Of a stretch of 64,000 nucleotides of DNA, positions 60,630 through 64,000 are shown in pieces. The position numbers and the translations under genes are program-made. The notes beneath the pieces are model-generated. The model was not told the origin of the DNA. It searched no databases and was given only the letters and a program-made list of their open reading frames with translations. This DNA comes from Dicyema japonicum. Lineage: Eukaryota; Animalia; Dicyemida. The first letter of the stretch is position 1; each line of letters begins with the position of its first letter. The stretch spans positions 214,761 to 278,760 of the forward strand of contig RDEW01000026.1 in assembly GCA_011109175.1 (NCBI GenBank), read 5' to 3'.

Positions 60630-61562
60630 CATTTTTCATTCCATTACCTGTTTTTCGACATGACCGCGATGGGGGCGGACCCCACCTTCGAGTTTTTTGA
60701 AGGCCTTGAAAAGAAGCTCCCTTGCGTGAAGAAGAATATCTCCGTTCAAAATACGCATAACCAGTTTTGTAATTGATTTGACAAGGTTGCAGCCAGTCTC
60801 TGCAGTAGCCCCCGCCGTAAAATCCTTGATGTGACCTGGCCGCAAGCCATCGAAACCACCACTGCTACTCGCCGTAAACGATGAAATATCGCGAGCACTT
60901 CGCATTTGGTGACGGTCGCCCTTGGCAAATTTCCCGGAAGCACGAATGGGCGGTAGTCTGCTGAAAAAAATGGATGTTTTCGTCTGAGTAGTTCAAACAC
61001 CTCAAGCGTCGTAGCCATGAAAGCATCGTCGCTGGAAATGGCGCCTTCAAAAAGTTTACGATTTTCTCTCTCCAAGTTTGTCCGGGCCATTCAAAAAAAC
61101 TGGAGGATTGGAATCAGGATGTTTGGTTTCATGACTTCTTTCTTGGTGAGAGACTGGAAATAGAAAATCTGGATGTTCTTTTTCAGGTTTGAGGAAAGGG
61201 AGTTGGGATCCTGATTTGAATCTTCCTGGCTTTCCTTAGATCCGACAAGAAGAGCAAGAGGTGTCCATATCATTGAAGTCTAGAAGCTCATTCGGTTAGA
61301 CGTGTCGTTTGGAATGATCGTCTGAGTTTTCCGACAGGTGTCCATGCAGACACTGCAGTTCCACAGGCAGAGCGAGCATGCAGCCCGCAGAGACATCTTT
61401 ATGCATCCGAGGTGGAAAAAGTCAGAAAAGTCCATATTTGCGTGCATTAGTATAACCGCATGAAGAGCATGTAGTGTCCAGTCTCTTGGGTGTAATATGT
61501 GTTGCTCCATTATATAAACGACGCTCCATGACGAGACAATTACGCACCACAAGACAACCACG
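60630..61562 (-). mobile_element. CRE-clade 5' part (Cys-rich N-terminus, RT start)
   Basis: LRRKHP, SSGGFDGLRPGHIKD and KKLEGGVRP motifs, with an upstream Cys/His cluster. Confidence 0.75.
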
Positions 61563-61651
61563 TTAATAACTTATTAACACATTTAATTTATTTAATTAAA
61601 AAATGAGTAAAATATTATATTCATCTTCCATTAGGATAAATTCCTTTTAAA

Positions 61652-61733
61652 GCCAACATGGCCGAGCGGTCTAAGGCGGCAGCTTAAGGTGCTGTTATCT
61701 TCGGATGCGTGGGTTCGAATCCCACTGTTGGTA
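61652..61733 (+). tRNA. tRNA-Leu-AAG: tRNA-Leu (anticodon AAG)
   Basis: Full cloverleaf: acceptor GCCAACA/TGTTGGT, anticodon arm GCAGC-TTAAGGT-GCTGT, long variable arm and T-arm GTGGG-TTCGAAT-CCCAC. Confidence 0.95.
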
Positions 61734-61741
61734 TTTTTTTT
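61734..61741 (+). terminator. RNA polymerase III terminator (T-run)
   Basis: A run of T immediately follows the tRNA discriminator base. Confidence 0.8.
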
Positions 61742-61774
61742 CTTTTGATCATAGATTTAAAAATTAAATTCGTC

Positions 61775-62070
61775 GATAAATAACAATTGTAAGATATCAG
61801 CTTTTTTGAGTGTATCAGAAGTCGCAGTTTCTTGATGAAACGAAACGATTTCCTCACTTATTCCTCCTATTGTCTCAACCATTATGCTGAACCAGTCTAA
61901 ACACTTTAATATTCTTCCTTTGTCTTTGTCAGCTTTTCCTCGGAGTACAGCGTGTCTACCGAGCGCGCTCGATGATGTTGGAAATACAAAGGGAGTAAAT
62001 GTAAGTAGCAACACATACCAATGTCTTTTCCGTCCGGCTGTTTTCCGTCTCCTCTGATCAGTCCGACTCG
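61775..62070 (-). mobile_element. CRE subfamily C remnant
   Basis: VETIGGISEEIVSF is similar to 42-260 and 4077-4285. Confidence 0.6.
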
Positions 62071-62300
62071 TTACAATATGAAGCGGTACGATCACAAATC
62101 CGTGTAAATTTATAATAATTATAATGAAAAAAATTTTATTATCGAAAAATAACAAACCAGGTTACTTATACCTTCCTTAGTGAAGATCCTGTTTGATATT
62201 ATTCTCTACACTTAAAGTTGCACCAAAGTAAAAGTCATCAATATGTTCGCTAGTCTTATATTTTGCATCACGAAGTACATGTTATTACTTATGTGATGAC

Positions 62301-62920
62301 TAGGGAGATTTATTTTGACTTTATAAATACGAATTTTAGAAAAATGATTTATTGACTTTAAAAATTAAAAATTTCGACCATTTTTGATGAAAAATTTTTT
62401 TAGAAAATTTTTTTAATATAAAAGCTCCTAATCAAAAAATTTATTAAAATATAGAATAATGTAATTGAAAACCTTTTCAGATTAAAATTTCGGTCTAGAT
62501 TTCAGATACTTCTTAATTCCACATAAATCGATACAGATATACAATTTTTCAATATGCTAGCAGCGTCTTATACGGTTAAACGCATACCTTTGGCATAAAT
62601 TTTCTACACTTTTATATAGAAGGAAGTCGATGTGCAATACACAAACAAGTTTGTAAAGTTTAATGTTCAACTTATGCAAAGAAAATCATATTCGAGTGAA
62701 CATTAGTGGCCTCATTAATCCTATGGTTAATAGATGGAATGAAAATCACACTGACATCTGTAAAATAGTAATAAAATGATAAACCTGCTAATTTGAAAAT
62801 TTTTAGACGAACATTTTAATAAAAAAAGTAAAAAGTCTCCAGGATATTTTCTAACAACAGTCATCACAATTTTAAAGAGCTCCCAGGTTGAACGATACAT
62901 GACAGTTGATGACATGTCAG
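62301..62920. mobile_element. AT-rich DNA-transposon remnant (TAGGG terminus)
   Basis: TTGACTTTA subterminal repeats. An internal segment is shared in inverted orientation with 53210-53305. Confidence 0.5.
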
Positions 62921-63084
62921 TATTTTTACAAAAACTCTAAATATAATACAAAATTATAATCAATTTTTTGAAACTTTATCATTGATCTTAGCAATCCACA
63001 TTGGAAATATAATCTTAACTTTTAGCATTAACTTTGTCATTAAAACGATAAAGTAAATGAATTTAAAATAATAATAACGAGTAA

Positions 63085-64000
63085 ATTAACTAATTAAGCG
63101 TATTTTGATCCAGATTGTTGGTAATCCCTCTTCTCTTAGAAGAAGAGTGTGCCATAACCTCCCTGTTACTCCGCATCTCCAAATCAGATTCTTCAAAATA
63201 TCTCCGTTAGATTCCAGTGGGCTGTCCTCACGGCATGCCAGTTCCACAAGTTGGGAGGTAGCAGAGGCGTACTCTTCATTGTATACCCTCATCCTATGCT
63301 TATGTTCAATGAGCATACTTTCGAGCGTTCTCTTCAGCACAACCGATTGGATGTAAGTCCTCGTTGATTCCAATGATTTTTGAAGCATCTTGAGACAACT
63401 CCATCCCATGTCAAAACCACTGGAATAATCTTCACTTGGCATTCATAGAGCAGCGAAAGTTCATTTGCTAGCAAGTCATATTTGTGAAGTTTCTCAACTT
63501 CAACTTGCTTTAGTCGGTCTTGTGAGGTAATCCACACTTCAATTAAAGTTATTTCCTTCTTTGTTTTGTCATACACAAAAATATCAGGTTTATTGTATTG
63601 GACTTTTGTTTCTGTCAAAATCGACGTGTCAACTCTAATTTCGACATTTTGATTGGTCAATATTGACTGAACCGAATGTCTTTTCAATTTCCTGCTTCTT
63701 TTGATTCCATAAATTCGACAAAGATGAAGATGGATGCACTTTACCACTTCATTATGTCTTCGGAGATAATCACTATTTAGCATTTTTCCACACTGAGTGG
63801 CCAAATGATCGACAGTTTTCTGCTTTTTTGCAATGGTTGCAAAATGACCACGTGTGTGCAAAAAACAAATTCCTATCTTGCAAAAGACAGTACAATGCTT
63901 CGCTCCGTGGGCCGTTATTTCCTTTGGATACCCATTCTGAGGAAGTATATAGGTCGACATTTGTTTCATCAATACATTTGAACATAATTGAGTGTAGTGT
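63085..64000 (-). mobile_element. R4/NeSL-like (restriction-like endonuclease) non-LTR retrotransposon, 3' part; continues beyond the window
   Basis: DHLATQC, YLRRHNEVVKCIH, NKPDIFVYDK...LIEV and EKLHKYDLLANEL. One frameshift. Confidence 0.82.

Overview
AT-rich eukaryotic nuclear DNA. Where I could check exons, the standard genetic code applies. The animal-type genes carry very short GT-AG introns (about 20-32 nt), which suggests a reduced ciliated lophotrochozoan such as a dicyemid; the taxon is inferred, not shown. Five protein genes sit among dense, mostly decayed transposons: a two-domain small heat-shock protein, a p400/Domino-type gene that appears to have lost its ATPase, a 15-kb outer-arm dynein heavy chain (DNAH5/8 type), a stand-alone mono-ubiquitin and a CAF1/CNOT7 deadenylase. 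There is also a tRNA-Leu(AAG). The transposons include CRE-clade, RTE, R4/NeSL-like and many Vingi/Ingi-like non-LTR retrotransposons, two hAT elements with intact 8-bp target-site duplications (TSDs), and two tRNA-derived SINE families. The most notable observations are: (i) HDV-like ribozyme folds at the 5' ends of Vingi-like LINEs, followed by 2A-like StopGo motifs, plus a ~230-nt ribozyme-headed non-autonomous derivative; (ii) a p400 whose HSA domain is spliced in frame to the region after ATPase lobe 1, giving an Eaf1-like scaffold; (iii) a SINE family whose tail matches a local RTE LINE. Transposon fragment boundaries are approximate unless a TSD is quoted.
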